Below are positions 50,031 to 59,133 of a DNA stretch of 64,000 bases, piece by piece. Location: assembly GCA_044356295.1 (NCBI GenBank), contig JBIKWN010000008.1:1-64000 (forward strand). The letters are read 5' to 3'. Within the stretch, counting starts at the first letter, position 1; each line of letters opens with the position of its first letter. The translations under genes and the position numbers were made by a program. This DNA is from Bdellovibrionota bacterium. Its GTDB lineage: Bacteria > Bdellovibrionota_C > UBA2361 > JBIKWN01. Below the pieces are notes generated by a model. The model had not been told where the DNA came from. It searched no databases and was given only the letters and a program-made list of their open reading frames with translations.

Positions 50031-51244
50031 GACCCCGTCTCTTTTGCCATAGCACCAAAGAGAGGTTCAGCATCAGCTAAGTGTCGTTTCCTGCCATCTT
50101 CCATTATGACGAGCATGCTTTGTTTATAATCCGAGAGGTTGATATTCGATGTATTTATGTGGTGGACATAATACGCTGGATCAAATCCAAGATTGCGCGC
50201 TGTCTCTTCTGCAAGTTTTGTAAGTGCTTGACCAGTATCTGTTTCATGAACTCGGATAGTTTTAAACAATTTGCGATTTAGTAATCGTGAAGCCAGATCC
50301 GCTAAGACTGGATCTTTTGCATACTGCCAGTGTGACAGATGGTATCGCCACCAAGACTCCCTCATTGAAAAAATTGTTGTCAGTGATAATTCTTCGGGAG
50401 TACGAGCTGCTAACACTTCTTGCATACACTGATCAGCAAATGGGAGTTCGTTTTTAAGCTCTCGTGCTCTCTTTGCGAGAGCAAGATTTATTGTATCAGC
50501 GGCAAGTAGGACTCGATGTTGATAGATCTGTCTGTACATTGCATGACGTGACAGCGCAAAGTGCATCATGGCATCGAGCCGATTTTCTTCAAAAGCTAAA
50601 TGTTTGTCATCTGAAATAACCATTGATTCAGTTAATGCCGAGACATTATATCGACCGTAACTAACACCTGCTAAAATGCTATCGACCAAACACCAGTTAC
50701 CTCGATCCACATTCCATCCACCACCAGAGATGATTTCCCAGATCCAAGGAGGCAAATCATCTGATTCTTGAAGGATTTTTTGAATAGTTGTCAGTGTGTC
50801 TGTTCCAAAACTATTGCAGATAGAAGCTATCTCGTTATCTTCTGCGATAATTCGAGTGGCAATTGATTCATGTGAGTCCTCTAAGTCAGGAAACCACGTC
50901 TTGAAAGCTGTATGAGACCCTGGGGCAAGATGCCCTATATCGTGAAGGAGAGCTGCTGCACTGACTGCAATTGCAAAAGGTTCAATCTCTTTTGCGTATC
51001 GTTTCGATAGTTTTTCCATCAAAAGATTAGCAAGATTACAAACACCGATAGAATGCCCAAACCTAGAATGTTCAGAGAACATATAGACAAGCCGAGTATT
51101 TGCTGTTTGGCTGATATCACGAAGTCTTTGAAACCATTTGGTATCAATTAATTTCAGTGCGATTGAATGAGCAGGAATTCCAGTTTGAAATGAAACAGAG
51201 GTTTCAGTCACATCTGCAAAGGTAATAGTTTTGCCCGTAGTCAT
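49967..51244 (-). CDS. HD-domain phosphohydrolase (YwfO/SAMHD1-like dNTPase family)
   Basis: FQRLR.I.Q, HSRFGHSIG, ALLHDIGH, R..MY.QIY.H. Confidence 0.85.
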   Translation of the reverse strand: MTTGKTITFADVTETSVSFQTGIPAHSIALKLIDTKWFQRLRDISQTANTRLVYMFSEHSRFGHSIGVCNLANLLMEKLSKRYAKEIEPFAIAVSAAALLHDIGHLAPGSHTAFKTWFPDLEDSHESIATRIIAEDNEIASICNSFGTDTLTTIQKILQESDDLPPWIWEIISGGGWNVDRGNWCLVDSILAGVSYGRYNVSALTESMVISDDKHLAFEENRLDAMMHFALSRHAMYRQIYQHRVLLAADTINLALAKRARELKNELPFADQCMQEVLAARTPEELSLTTIFSMRESWWRYHLSHWQYAKDPVLADLASRLLNRKLFKTIRVHETDTGQALTKLAEETARNLGFDPAYYVHHINTSNINLSDYKQSMLVIMEDGRKRHLADAEPLFGAMAKETGSQRKSWLVIPSEVKEKMGRDR

Positions 51245-52351
51245 TTATGCAATCCTTGTTTGAGTTATAATTTCTAGTCCAAACGATTGCAATCCTACCA
51301 ATGCCTTTGTTGATTGAGTCAGTAGTTCAATCTTTTTAACGCCAAGTGAACTTAAAATCTGAGCCCCAATTCCGTACTCCCTCATTTCGGACCCACGTCC
51401 TAGCTGTTGTGTTTGATCGATCATAGAAGTTGCATCAGGCTTTCTCAAATACAAAAGAATTCCACTTCCTCTTTCAGCAATTGTTTCTAGTGATTTCCTC
51501 AGAAGGTCACGTGAGGAATTATCTCCACCAAAAACATCAGTAATAGTAGATTCATTTTGAACACGAACTAAAATTGGTTTAGACGAATCTATTTCACCTA
51601 ATACAACAGCCATGTGCTCTCCCTCTTGATATCGAGCACGAAAAATATGTGCTTTATAGTTTGGTGAGAAAGAAGATGGCAGTTTTGCCTCTGCAATTTG
51701 TTCGATAAGTGGTGTTGAAGCGATAGTCTCTTTGAGAAGCTCACTCAATGTAAAAAGAGGAATTTCGAATTGAGAAGCAATGGTTTGAAGCGCATCTGTT
51801 GAATAATAGTTGCCATCACTATCAATTGCTTCAACAAACAAAGCTGCATCACAATCTATTTTCTTTGTTGATTGTAAAAGTTTAGAAGATACAGCAAGTG
51901 CTCCTTCAGCAAGTCCTAATTTTTGTAATATTCCACCTTCTTTAGTGAGCACAGGGAAAATGTGTCCTGGTGTAATCAGATCTCTATTGAGTGATTCAGG
52001 ATTGCCCAGTACGTGAATAGTTTTTGCACGATCAAAAGCACTAATACCAGTAGTGACATCGTTTCTTGATTCAACTGAAGCAAGGCTTAATCCAGAATCT
52101 TTATCCTTATTGATGCCGTGAGTAATTCTTCTGGGCGTTGCAGTTAATTGTAATTTTTCTGCTCGTGAAGGAGTAATAGCAACAGTGAATAAGCCGCTTG
52201 TAAATTTAGTAATAAAATTTACAAGTTGTGGCGTGATGCACATTGCAGGGACAACACAAGCTGTTTTAGTCCTCGTGCTTAGGTCATCAACTAAAAAAGA
52301 GAAGCCAGTATTTTTAAGAACTAGATGAGGGAATGTCTGAGCTATTGCCAC
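51245..52351 (-). CDS. RibBA-like protein (DHBP synthase + GTP cyclohydrolase II folds) with both active sites degenerate
   Basis: TTGISA.DRAKT, PGHIFP, REYGIGAQIL..LGV retained; GTG 52351 is 6 nt after a perfect TATAAT. Confidence 0.8.
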   Translation of the reverse strand: MAIAQTFPHLVLKNTGFSFLVDDLSTRTKTACVVPAMCITPQLVNFITKFTSGLFTVAITPSRAEKLQLTATPRRITHGINKDKDSGLSLASVESRNDVTTGISAFDRAKTIHVLGNPESLNRDLITPGHIFPVLTKEGGILQKLGLAEGALAVSSKLLQSTKKIDCDAALFVEAIDSDGNYYSTDALQTIASQFEIPLFTLSELLKETIASTPLIEQIAEAKLPSSFSPNYKAHIFRARYQEGEHMAVVLGEIDSSKPILVRVQNESTITDVFGGDNSSRDLLRKSLETIAERGSGILLYLRKPDATSMIDQTQQLGRGSEMREYGIGAQILSSLGVKKIELLTQSTKALVGLQSFGLEIITQTRIA

Positions 52352-52415
52352 AAAAAAATTATAGTCGGTTTTTTGTGAATTTCCTATTTTCGGTCTTTTA
52401 ATATGCTGTAGAAAG

Positions 52416-52495
52416 TTTTGTAACGCGAAGGTCGCGAAGTACCCGAAGTTGTTAATGAAATCCTTCGCGTACTTCGCGACCTTCGCGTTACAAAA
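52416..52495. repeat. REP-like inverted repeat, 33-bp arms with a 14-nt loop
   Basis: TTTTGTAACGCGAAGGTCGCGAAGTACCCGAAG / CTTCGCGTACTTCGCGACCTTCGCGTTACAAAA, one mismatch. Confidence 0.9.
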
Positions 52496-52619
52496 AGAAA
52501 TATGAAAAACTCGCACCAAATCATACAAGATCGTGCCCTCCTAACTATCTGAAAATACTAATAAAAAGCTAAAAAATTTTCCCCTCAAGAGAACCTCCAT
52601 ACCGGTCGACTTCATTGGT

Positions 52620-53072
52620 ATGAGCCAGGCAGTAGTGGAAACAACAATACAATCGCAAGCACCGATCCCTCTTACCGAAGAGGCAAAGGCGCTTATTCGT
52701 GCAAGACGCACATCTTTTACCGCGCGATTTATCGTGCTGAGGGAAGGCAAGCGTAGTCGCTCACATCGAATTATAGAGATGATGTCTTGGGATGACTTAA
52801 CAACGGCAGAGGATCTCTACGCGAAGTTCCGAAAAGCTTTCATTGATAATAAAGACAGTATGATGCCTGTTGATCGTGATCTTAAGCGAGCTCTTGCTCA
52901 CGCAGATCGTTCACTTACATTTTTTGTTAGAGAATATAATACTCGTTCTACAAAATCATTTATCGAATCATTAGAAGATTACGGTAAATCTAATCAATTG
53001 CTGTTTGGTGATGACGAGCAACCAAAGCCAGGTGGATGGAGACTGCCGTCTGAGTTAAGAAAGCTTAAGTAG
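52620..53072 (+). CDS. Hypothetical protein
   Basis: 150-aa ORF filling the interval, natural composition. Confidence 0.7.
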   Translation: MSQAVVETTIQSQAPIPLTEEAKALIRARRTSFTARFIVLREGKRSRSHRIIEMMSWDDLTTAEDLYAKFRKAFIDNKDSMMPVDRDLKRALAHADRSLTFFVREYNTRSTKSFIESLEDYGKSNQLLFGDDEQPKPGGWRLPSELRKLK

Positions 53073-53547
53073 ATTCAAAGCGATTAAGCTCAACATTTTT
53101 TCTTACTGAGAAAGGATTAAAAACCCTGCCATTAATAGCTATATAGGTTCCTGCTGGAAGTGTTTGTAAAGCACCGATAGCACAACCAACATTAAATGGA
53201 GCGTCGGTGGTTTTAAAATTTGCTGGAGCAAGAGATCCAGTGAGTACTATAGTTTTGTGAGGAATTGTCGCAAGTACTCTTGCAGTCTCAACCATAGTAT
53301 CGGTGCCATGGGTGACCAATATTTTATCTTCAGTATCTGCTGCTACACGTGAACGAATAAATTCCCTATCTTCGTCGGTAAGTTTAAGGCTGTCTTTTCT
53401 AAGGAGTGACTCAATTTCAAAAGAGAAGCCAGCTCCACCTTCTTTAAAAATTGTATCAATAGAAGGTGCACCGACCTCATATTGGCTTTTTGCATCAAAA
53501 TATATTTTGTCGATGGTTCCGCCGGTCGTGAATACCTTAATTCTCAT
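53065..53547 (-). CDS. Short L-asparaginase (N-terminal domain only)
   Basis: TTGGTIDK, DS, THGTDTM, VLTGS. Confidence 0.9.
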   Translation of the reverse strand: MRIKVFTTGGTIDKIYFDAKSQYEVGAPSIDTIFKEGGAGFSFEIESLLRKDSLKLTDEDREFIRSRVAADTEDKILVTHGTDTMVETARVLATIPHKTIVLTGSLAPANFKTTDAPFNVGCAIGALQTLPAGTYIAINGRVFNPFSVRKNVELNRFEST

Positions 53548-53571
53548 ATGATCAGATTAGATTAAAAAGGC

Positions 53572-53730
53572 TTAAAATAAAGCATAAATAAATGGGCTAA
53601 GAGCGGATCCTTTTGTGAGAACAATAAGTAATCCAAGCAGTAAGAAAACCGAAACCATAGGTATCATCCACCAGATTTTCTTTTCGATAAGTAGCGCGAA
53701 TAATTGGTTTACAGTACCTAACTTGCTCAT
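53572..53730 (-). CDS. DUF5989-family small membrane protein (52 aa; absent from the ORF track)
   Basis: Hand translation MSKLGTVNQLFALLIEKKIWWMIPMVSVFLLLGLLIVLTKGSALSPFIYALF; KK.WW..P and PFIY.LF hallmarks. Confidence 0.85.
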   Translation of the reverse strand: MSKLGTVNQLFALLIEKKIWWMIPMVSVFLLLGLLIVLTKGSALSPFIYALF

Positions 53731-53851
53731 AGCTGTGTAATTTAACCCCTTAAATAAAAATCAATCAAGCAAATGAGAATGATCATTCCTAAGCTCTAAT
53801 CAGCGAGCTCAAAGGAATTTCAAAGAATTCATCCGATAAGGGTGGATACTA

Positions 53852-54373
53852 CTACGCCGCTATAACTTTTTCTAGAGCGGCAGGAGTCTCAGAAGTAGTT
53901 GAAGTATCATTTTGCTCAATAATCTTCTGTACTTCTTCAATCAGGGAGCCAATAGCGTAAGCCCAAACATATTGACCGGCTTTCTTTCCAGTTAATGCCT
54001 CAGCTATTTCACCTTTGTCGTCTATACGATTTTTAAGGAAAAGTTGTTTGCCATCTGTTAGGAGGATCATGTCCTGAGGATTTTTTTGAAGCTTTGGCAT
54101 TTTCTTCCGAAGGTAATCAATACCTCTTCGGAATCTGTTGACAGGTAGACCTTCGGCTTTCATGCGGAAAAGCCAACACAATAGTATGACATCAGGGTAT
54201 GAATATTTCGCTCGACCACGGCTCATCTCTTTACCTGTTGTCGGCACAAGATTAGTTCTCGCATAGTAATTCAATAGGGCGAGACCTATCTTTTCATCTC
54301 CACTCGTTAGACGACGTAGAATATTTTGTGTATCTTTTGCTGTGAACTCACGTTCAAGTGTATGAACTTTCAT
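53852..54373 (-). CDS. MerR-family-like HTH transcriptional regulator
   Basis: LNYYARTNLVP...GRAKYSYPDV..L...K.EGL; ATG 54373 preferred. Confidence 0.7.
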   Translation of the reverse strand: MKVHTLEREFTAKDTQNILRRLTSGDEKIGLALLNYYARTNLVPTTGKEMSRGRAKYSYPDVILLCWLFRMKAEGLPVNRFRRGIDYLRKKMPKLQKNPQDMILLTDGKQLFLKNRIDDKGEIAEALTGKKAGQYVWAYAIGSLIEEVQKIIEQNDTSTTSETPAALEKVIAA

Positions 54374-54423
54374 AAACCTACTTCTTTTCAAATACCGTAA
54401 CTGCGCTTAAACCACTTAAAACC

Positions 54424-54478
54424 TTCAAGATTAACTTGAACTAGGTTAAAGGTAAGTGGCTGTAACCCATTATGTCAA
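54424..54478 (-). promoter_or_regulatory. Sigma70 promoter (TTGACA-18-TACCTT) with a downstream dyad TTCAAG-N5-CTTGAA
   Basis: -35 at 54473-54478, -10 at 54449-54454, dyad at 54424-54440. Confidence 0.55.
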
Positions 54479-54536
54479 TCGGCAATTTTTGAAATAATTA
54501 CTTTAACTTACTTATAGTATTATGTTTTTCAGGACC

Positions 54537-55391
54537 TTAAGCAATTGGGAAAAATCCAAGGGCGACGGGAACCTCATCTTCGCTAGCAATTTCAAACGGT
54601 TGTCCTGATAATTGGGTCGAAGAGCCCCCGTCCAGATTGAGTGCATCGATACAACCAATATCCTGTTGAATCAGTCTAAGTTGAACTTCACGAATAGAAA
54701 TTCCAAACAGCGGTGCAGTAACAGCATAAAAAATCACTCGCTTTTTCTTATCGATACAAATACCACTCCTCCTACCAGAGATATCTTCTTCCTTTAAACC
54801 TGCTACAAGTGCGCCATTAGATAGTAAGCGGGGACCTGCTTGAATCGCTTCAAAAATTTTAGTTTGAGAAAACTGATCTCGAGAAATAATAGAAACATTG
54901 TCTCGACTTAGTTGGAAAATCCCCGTTAATAAGTTACCGCCTCGTTGAACTTTTTGGATCAGTGCTCCTTTTTCAATGATGAGTCCAAGAGGCCGTGATT
55001 GTTCATCGAAGAATGATGCATTAATACAGACAGCTGCTTTTGCCAGTTTACACAGTTCTTTAACCGGAGCTTTACGTAAACCAAATCGTTGAGCTCTTAT
55101 CACTTCGACTGTGTATTTTGAAAGTTGGGAGCGATATAAAAAAACTCTCGCTGAAGAGAGCATGCCAAATGAAATGGAAGTTGCTGCTGTGTCGAGGTCT
55201 TCTGAAACAGATTGCCAATTGCATTCTGGTGAAGAGGCATACTGTTGGGTTACTGCACTTTGTGTGAAAAAAAAGAAAGTAAATATAAAAGTGAATACCG
55301 TATAGTAAATACGGGTAGAGAAATTTCTAGTAAAGGCTGACCAAAGTGTCATTTCAGGGCATACTAGCATCCTAATTGACCGGAATGCCAC
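54537..55391 (-). CDS. Phosphodiester glycosidase (NAGPA) family protein; start probably downstream of 55391
   Basis: INASFF, GL.I..G, QAGPRL, RSGI, ALNLDGGSS. Confidence 0.8.
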   Translation of the reverse strand: MAFRSIRMLVCPEMTLWSAFTRNFSTRIYYTVFTFIFTFFFFTQSAVTQQYASSPECNWQSVSEDLDTAATSISFGMLSSARVFLYRSQLSKYTVEVIRAQRFGLRKAPVKELCKLAKAAVCINASFFDEQSRPLGLIIEKGALIQKVQRGGNLLTGIFQLSRDNVSIISRDQFSQTKIFEAIQAGPRLLSNGALVAGLKEEDISGRRSGICIDKKKRVIFYAVTAPLFGISIREVQLRLIQQDIGCIDALNLDGGSSTQLSGQPFEIASEDEVPVALGFFPIA

Positions 55392-55392
55392 A

Positions 55393-56415
55393 ATGACGAA
55401 ATCTAGTTTTTCTCCTTCAGAGCCAGACGGCTTTGATTTCTTACCGCCCCATATTTCTGAAGAAAAAAGTAAGGAAATCGCAGTCTATTCTCGAATCAAA
55501 CGAGAATCGCTGTATCTTACAGCATTTTGGAATGAAACTAGAGAAAAATTAATTGTACTGAATAAGCAGCTTTCTTCTAAAAAAATCTCTCAGTGGAGTG
55601 TGGATGAAACTTCAGGATTAGTCGTATTCAATAGCACGTGTGACTCAATGAGTTCTTTGATGCCTCTCATTGATGAACTGATTGAAATTCTTCATCCATG
55701 GAGGAAAGGTCCATTTCAAATCTGTGGAAAACAAATCGATGCCGAATGGCAATCATGGATGAAATGGGATCGCATAAAAAGCTTCCTACCGGATCTTCGT
55801 GGCAAAGTCGTTGCCGACATTGGCTGTAATAATGGTTATTATCTTTTTCGACTAGCAGCACTTGGTGCAAAATTGGTATGGGGTTGTGATCCTACTGATA
55901 GATTTTTCTTTCAATACTCATTTCTGCAGGCTCTTGCACAAGAATCAAGAATTCGTTTTGAGCCGTTTGGAGTAGAGGACTGTATTTTTTTTCCAGAAAC
56001 GTTTGATCTGATCCTTTGTTTGGGTGTGTTGTATCACCGAAGAGACCCGCTCGGGATGCTCGATGATATAAAACGATCTTTAAAGAAAGGTGGTCATGCC
56101 ATTATTGAATCAATCGTGATTCCTGAATCATATCTTCAAGGAAATGATGGAGCTCTTTTTATCAAGAATCGTTACCAGATGATGAGAAATGTCTATTTTA
56201 TACCGAGTGCATCAATGCTTGCCGCATGGATGCAGCGCGTTGGTTTTAAATCAGTTGAGATTTTAGACGAAAGTATTACTACTATAGAAGAGCAGCGAAC
56301 AACTCAAAATGCTCGGTTTCTCTCGTTGAAAGATACTTTGATGAAAGATGACCCTTCCAAAACGATTGAAGGTTTCCCTGCTCCTCGAAGAGCGCTTATT
56401 AGAGGGTTTGTTTAA
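55393..56415 (+). CDS. cmoB: tRNA U34 carboxymethyltransferase
   Basis: PWRKGPF, IDAEW.S..KW, DIGCNNGYY, GVLYHRRDP, RY..MRNVYF.PS, TIEGFPAP. Confidence 0.93.
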   Translation: MTKSSFSPSEPDGFDFLPPHISEEKSKEIAVYSRIKRESLYLTAFWNETREKLIVLNKQLSSKKISQWSVDETSGLVVFNSTCDSMSSLMPLIDELIEILHPWRKGPFQICGKQIDAEWQSWMKWDRIKSFLPDLRGKVVADIGCNNGYYLFRLAALGAKLVWGCDPTDRFFFQYSFLQALAQESRIRFEPFGVEDCIFFPETFDLILCLGVLYHRRDPLGMLDDIKRSLKKGGHAIIESIVIPESYLQGNDGALFIKNRYQMMRNVYFIPSASMLAAWMQRVGFKSVEILDESITTIEEQRTTQNARFLSLKDTLMKDDPSKTIEGFPAPRRALIRGFV

Positions 56416-56984
56416 AGGAATAAGACAATCAGTATTATAAAGAGTAACAAAATTACCATGAGAGCCCCGATGATATACCAAACTGAATTCCTGATTTTCT
56501 CACTTGATACTAAAGTGACTTTAGAGGGATCTTCTGCAGCGGCAGCAGCCTGTTGTCTTTGCAAGGATCGAAGACGTTCCATTTGATTTTGAAATGCCTC
56601 TTTAGATTGAGGAGCAGAGGATGTTGTTGCTTTTGCTGTATTTTCTTGTTTTGACTTTTGACGTTCAGGGGGCTTTGGACGAAAGTGAAATTCTTCTACA
56701 ACATCTTTTTCCCAATCTGGAAGGTCAGGAGGGAGCGTCTTGTCATATTGGGTACGCGATTCGGCATTGAGTAATGTATTATACGCATGCGTAATATATT
56801 TAAAGACCTCATCATCTTCAGGATCGGTACCACCAGGAATAATTTCTGAAAAAAAGTTTGAATCAGGATGGTAAATTTTAGCAATTTCTTTATACGACGC
56901 TTTAATCAGATCGCTCGTTGCTGTTTTTTCAACGTTTAAAATTTCATAAAAAGTTTTGCTTTTCAGCCGTTCAAGTTTACTCAA
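56412..56984 (-). CDS. DnaJ (J-domain) protein with a C-terminal TM anchor
   Basis: FYEIL.V, YHPD, AY.TL...R..YD. Confidence 0.85.
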   Translation of the reverse strand: MSKLERLKSKTFYEILNVEKTATSDLIKASYKEIAKIYHPDSNFFSEIIPGGTDPEDDEVFKYITHAYNTLLNAESRTQYDKTLPPDLPDWEKDVVEEFHFRPKPPERQKSKQENTAKATTSSAPQSKEAFQNQMERLRSLQRQQAAAAAEDPSKVTLVSSEKIRNSVWYIIGALMVILLLFIILIVLFL

Positions 56985-57049
56985 AATCTAAGCTCCTAGA
57001 GAGGTCTTCCCTTGCGGAAAACCTACGTTACAGACCACAATCAAAGTGT

Positions 57050-57499
57050 ATGACGAAATCTCAAGAAGAAAAACCAAGAATCAATCTTTCATCAGGAACG
57101 CCATGGGAACCTATGAGGGGGTATTCCCGTGCAGTAGTAGTAAATGACCAGATTTTCATTAGCGGTACAACCTCAGTCGATGATCGAGGGGATGTGATAT
57201 ATCCAAATCAGCCGTATGAACAGACTCGATATGTTTTAAATAAGATCCGATCTATTTTAAGTTCACAAGGATTTCGGCTTGATGATGTCGTCAGGACCCG
57301 GCTCTTTGTCACTAATATTAATTTTTGGGATGAATATGCTCGGGCTCATCGTGAAGTATTTGATAGTATACGACCTGCCTCGGGAGTTGTTCAGGTTACC
57401 CGACTCACCGATCCTAGACTTTTAATCGAAATAGAAGCAGATGGAATTCGAGGTTTATCGATTCCGACCACGATTCAAATTACGAATCAATCACGTTGA
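57050..57499 (+). CDS. RidA/YjgF family protein
   Basis: WE...GYSRAV, ISGTT, DVVRTR, LIEIEA; ATG 57050 preferred over 56918. Confidence 0.88.
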   Translation: MTKSQEEKPRINLSSGTPWEPMRGYSRAVVVNDQIFISGTTSVDDRGDVIYPNQPYEQTRYVLNKIRSILSSQGFRLDDVVRTRLFVTNINFWDEYARAHREVFDSIRPASGVVQVTRLTDPRLLIEIEADGIRGLSIPTTIQITNQSR

Positions 57500-57502
57500 G
57501 TG

Positions 57503-58588
57503 CTAAGGAGTATTTGAACTCCAAGCTTTGAGCATTACTTTGAGTCGACTTGAATCGGTTGTTGAGTAGGTAGAAACTGATTTTTTATCACTCATTTCAA
57601 GATTCCAAATTGTGGCTCCTCGGTACGAGTGGTACGTCCAGTCAAAACGGTAACGTTTAAAGATGTTTGTGATATCTTTAAGATAACGGGCTCCTGAGCC
57701 TTTTGGTGCCCAACGAGCTACGCTAAATTCTCCGATATACATTCGAGATTTATTTTTACGTGCAAAATTTTGAAGAGGTCTCAGTGAACGTGTAAACTTG
57801 GAAAGATTACCAAGCTTTGAAGGATACGTTGCTCCGAGCGGTACTCCAAGTACACCTTGGTGGATAAATTTCCAAGGATCATAAAAATGAATAGTGTAAT
57901 AAACGTTTGGGACAGTGAGTTTCTTCATCCCAGCAAACCTTGTTAATTTGCCATAAATTGGCGTCATGATTATTGGAGTCGTCGGATCGATCGCCCGAAT
58001 TATTTCTGCGGTTTGTTGAGCAAGATCATTCCATGACAATACACCACTTGGGAGTTTTTTTGTCTGTGCAGGCTCGTTAAGAATATCATAAGCCCAGATA
58101 GTACTATTTCCATTATATCGGGAAGCGATTATCTGCCATGTTTTTACATAGGTACTTTGAAAAGAAGCGTTTTCAAAGAGGCGATGGGAAGCTTTGCTCC
58201 CTCTTGAAGAAAAACCTCCAGGAGGCGAATGGAGGTTCAGTGCTACTTTTATTCCACGAGCTTGGAGTTTACCAAGAGTGACATCAAATTCATCCAGTGC
58301 TGCGTTAAGCCAAGCTAAATATGAAGCTTCATTCGATGCATCAAGCGCAGAAGGATTTCCCCAAATTAATGTATACCGAACAAGGTTAACATTCCAAGCT
58401 TTGAGCTGATCTGCAGCAGCATCTTCAATGATTCCATGAAAAACAACTCCACGTCTTATGGTTAGGTCATCGGCATGTGAGGTGGGAAGAACCGAATTAT
58501 TGAGAGTAAGAAAAAAAATAATTAAAAAAATTATAGGTTTGTATGAGAGAGACGTTTTATTGGAACTACAGAGGTGAGACAAATGCAT
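57503..58588 (-). CDS. Secreted glycoside hydrolase family 5 (cellulase-like)
   Basis: LH..PGG, YDILNEP (acid/base), HFY, YIGEF (nucleophile). Confidence 0.88.
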   Translation of the reverse strand: MHLSHLCSSNKTSLSYKPIIFLIIFFLTLNNSVLPTSHADDLTIRRGVVFHGIIEDAAADQLKAWNVNLVRYTLIWGNPSALDASNEASYLAWLNAALDEFDVTLGKLQARGIKVALNLHSPPGGFSSRGSKASHRLFENASFQSTYVKTWQIIASRYNGNSTIWAYDILNEPAQTKKLPSGVLSWNDLAQQTAEIIRAIDPTTPIIMTPIYGKLTRFAGMKKLTVPNVYYTIHFYDPWKFIHQGVLGVPLGATYPSKLGNLSKFTRSLRPLQNFARKNKSRMYIGEFSVARWAPKGSGARYLKDITNIFKRYRFDWTYHSYRGATIWNLEMSDKKSVSTYSTTDSSRLKVMLKAWSSNTP

Positions 58589-58758
58589 ACTATTTAAAAA
58601 TCAAAGCAGGTAACTATATATCTTAACAGTAACACAGATACAAAATAGATTTCATTAATCTAAGTGATAAAGATTCTGAGGCTTAGAAGATCGTCCGAAA
58701 AAAGACAGTGTTATTAAACGTGTACCCTGTCTGGAAACGATTATTTTTTGGGAGATTT

Positions 58759-58795
58759 AAAAAGAAAAAACCGGTCTGGGAGCTCATCAGACCGG
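58759..58795 (-). terminator. Intrinsic terminator
   Basis: Minus strand CCGGTCTG-N9-CAGACCGG followed by TTTTTTCTTTTT. Confidence 0.85.
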
Positions 58796-58959
58796 CAAAG
58801 AAAGTACAACTTTCGAATACCTCGCTAGGTGTGCAAAAGTCAATCTTACTGTCTGTTCACGATGACTACTCTCTCTAAGACCCATGAGCAGTGTGTGTGT
58901 GGTAACGGGGCAGTCTTAGAAAAACTATCACCGCATACTAACAGCAAGAGAAGCTCTGA
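58760..58959 (-). ncRNA. Candidate sigma-54-dependent small RNA (~200 nt)
   Basis: Lies between a -24/-12 promoter and a terminator; internal hairpin 58874-58920 with a CA-repeat loop; only a 32-codon SD-less ORF inside. Confidence 0.6.
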
Positions 58960-58969
58960 AGGTAGTTAA

Positions 58970-58985
58970 AGCAATAGTGATGCCA
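58970..58985 (-). promoter_or_regulatory. Sigma-54 (-24/-12) promoter
   Basis: Minus strand TGGCATCACTATTGCT fits TGGCAC-N5-TTGCW with exact spacing. Confidence 0.7.
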
Positions 58986-59057
58986 ACCCTTAAGGGCTCG
59001 CTGAAGGTCCTAAAATGGAAAAGGGCCTTAGAGGGTGTCAGAAATGATGAAATTGTG

Positions 59058-59093
59058 GAAAATTTTGCCCTATCGTGATAGGTAAAAATTTTC
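59058..59093. promoter_or_regulatory. 36-bp imperfect palindrome, candidate activator-binding site
   Basis: GAAAATTTTGCCCTATCGTGATAGGTAAAAATTTTC, 15 of 17 pairs; about 100-135 bp upstream of the sigma-54 start. Confidence 0.5.
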
Positions 59094-59133
59094 TTTTTGA
59101 CTTATTCTGCCGCTTTAGTATCTTTAGCCCCCC

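Noticed and set aside
52352..52528. N-terminal extension of the RibBA-like ORF
   Set aside because: It reads through the REP hairpin, and a perfect TATAAT just before GTG 52351 supports the shorter start.
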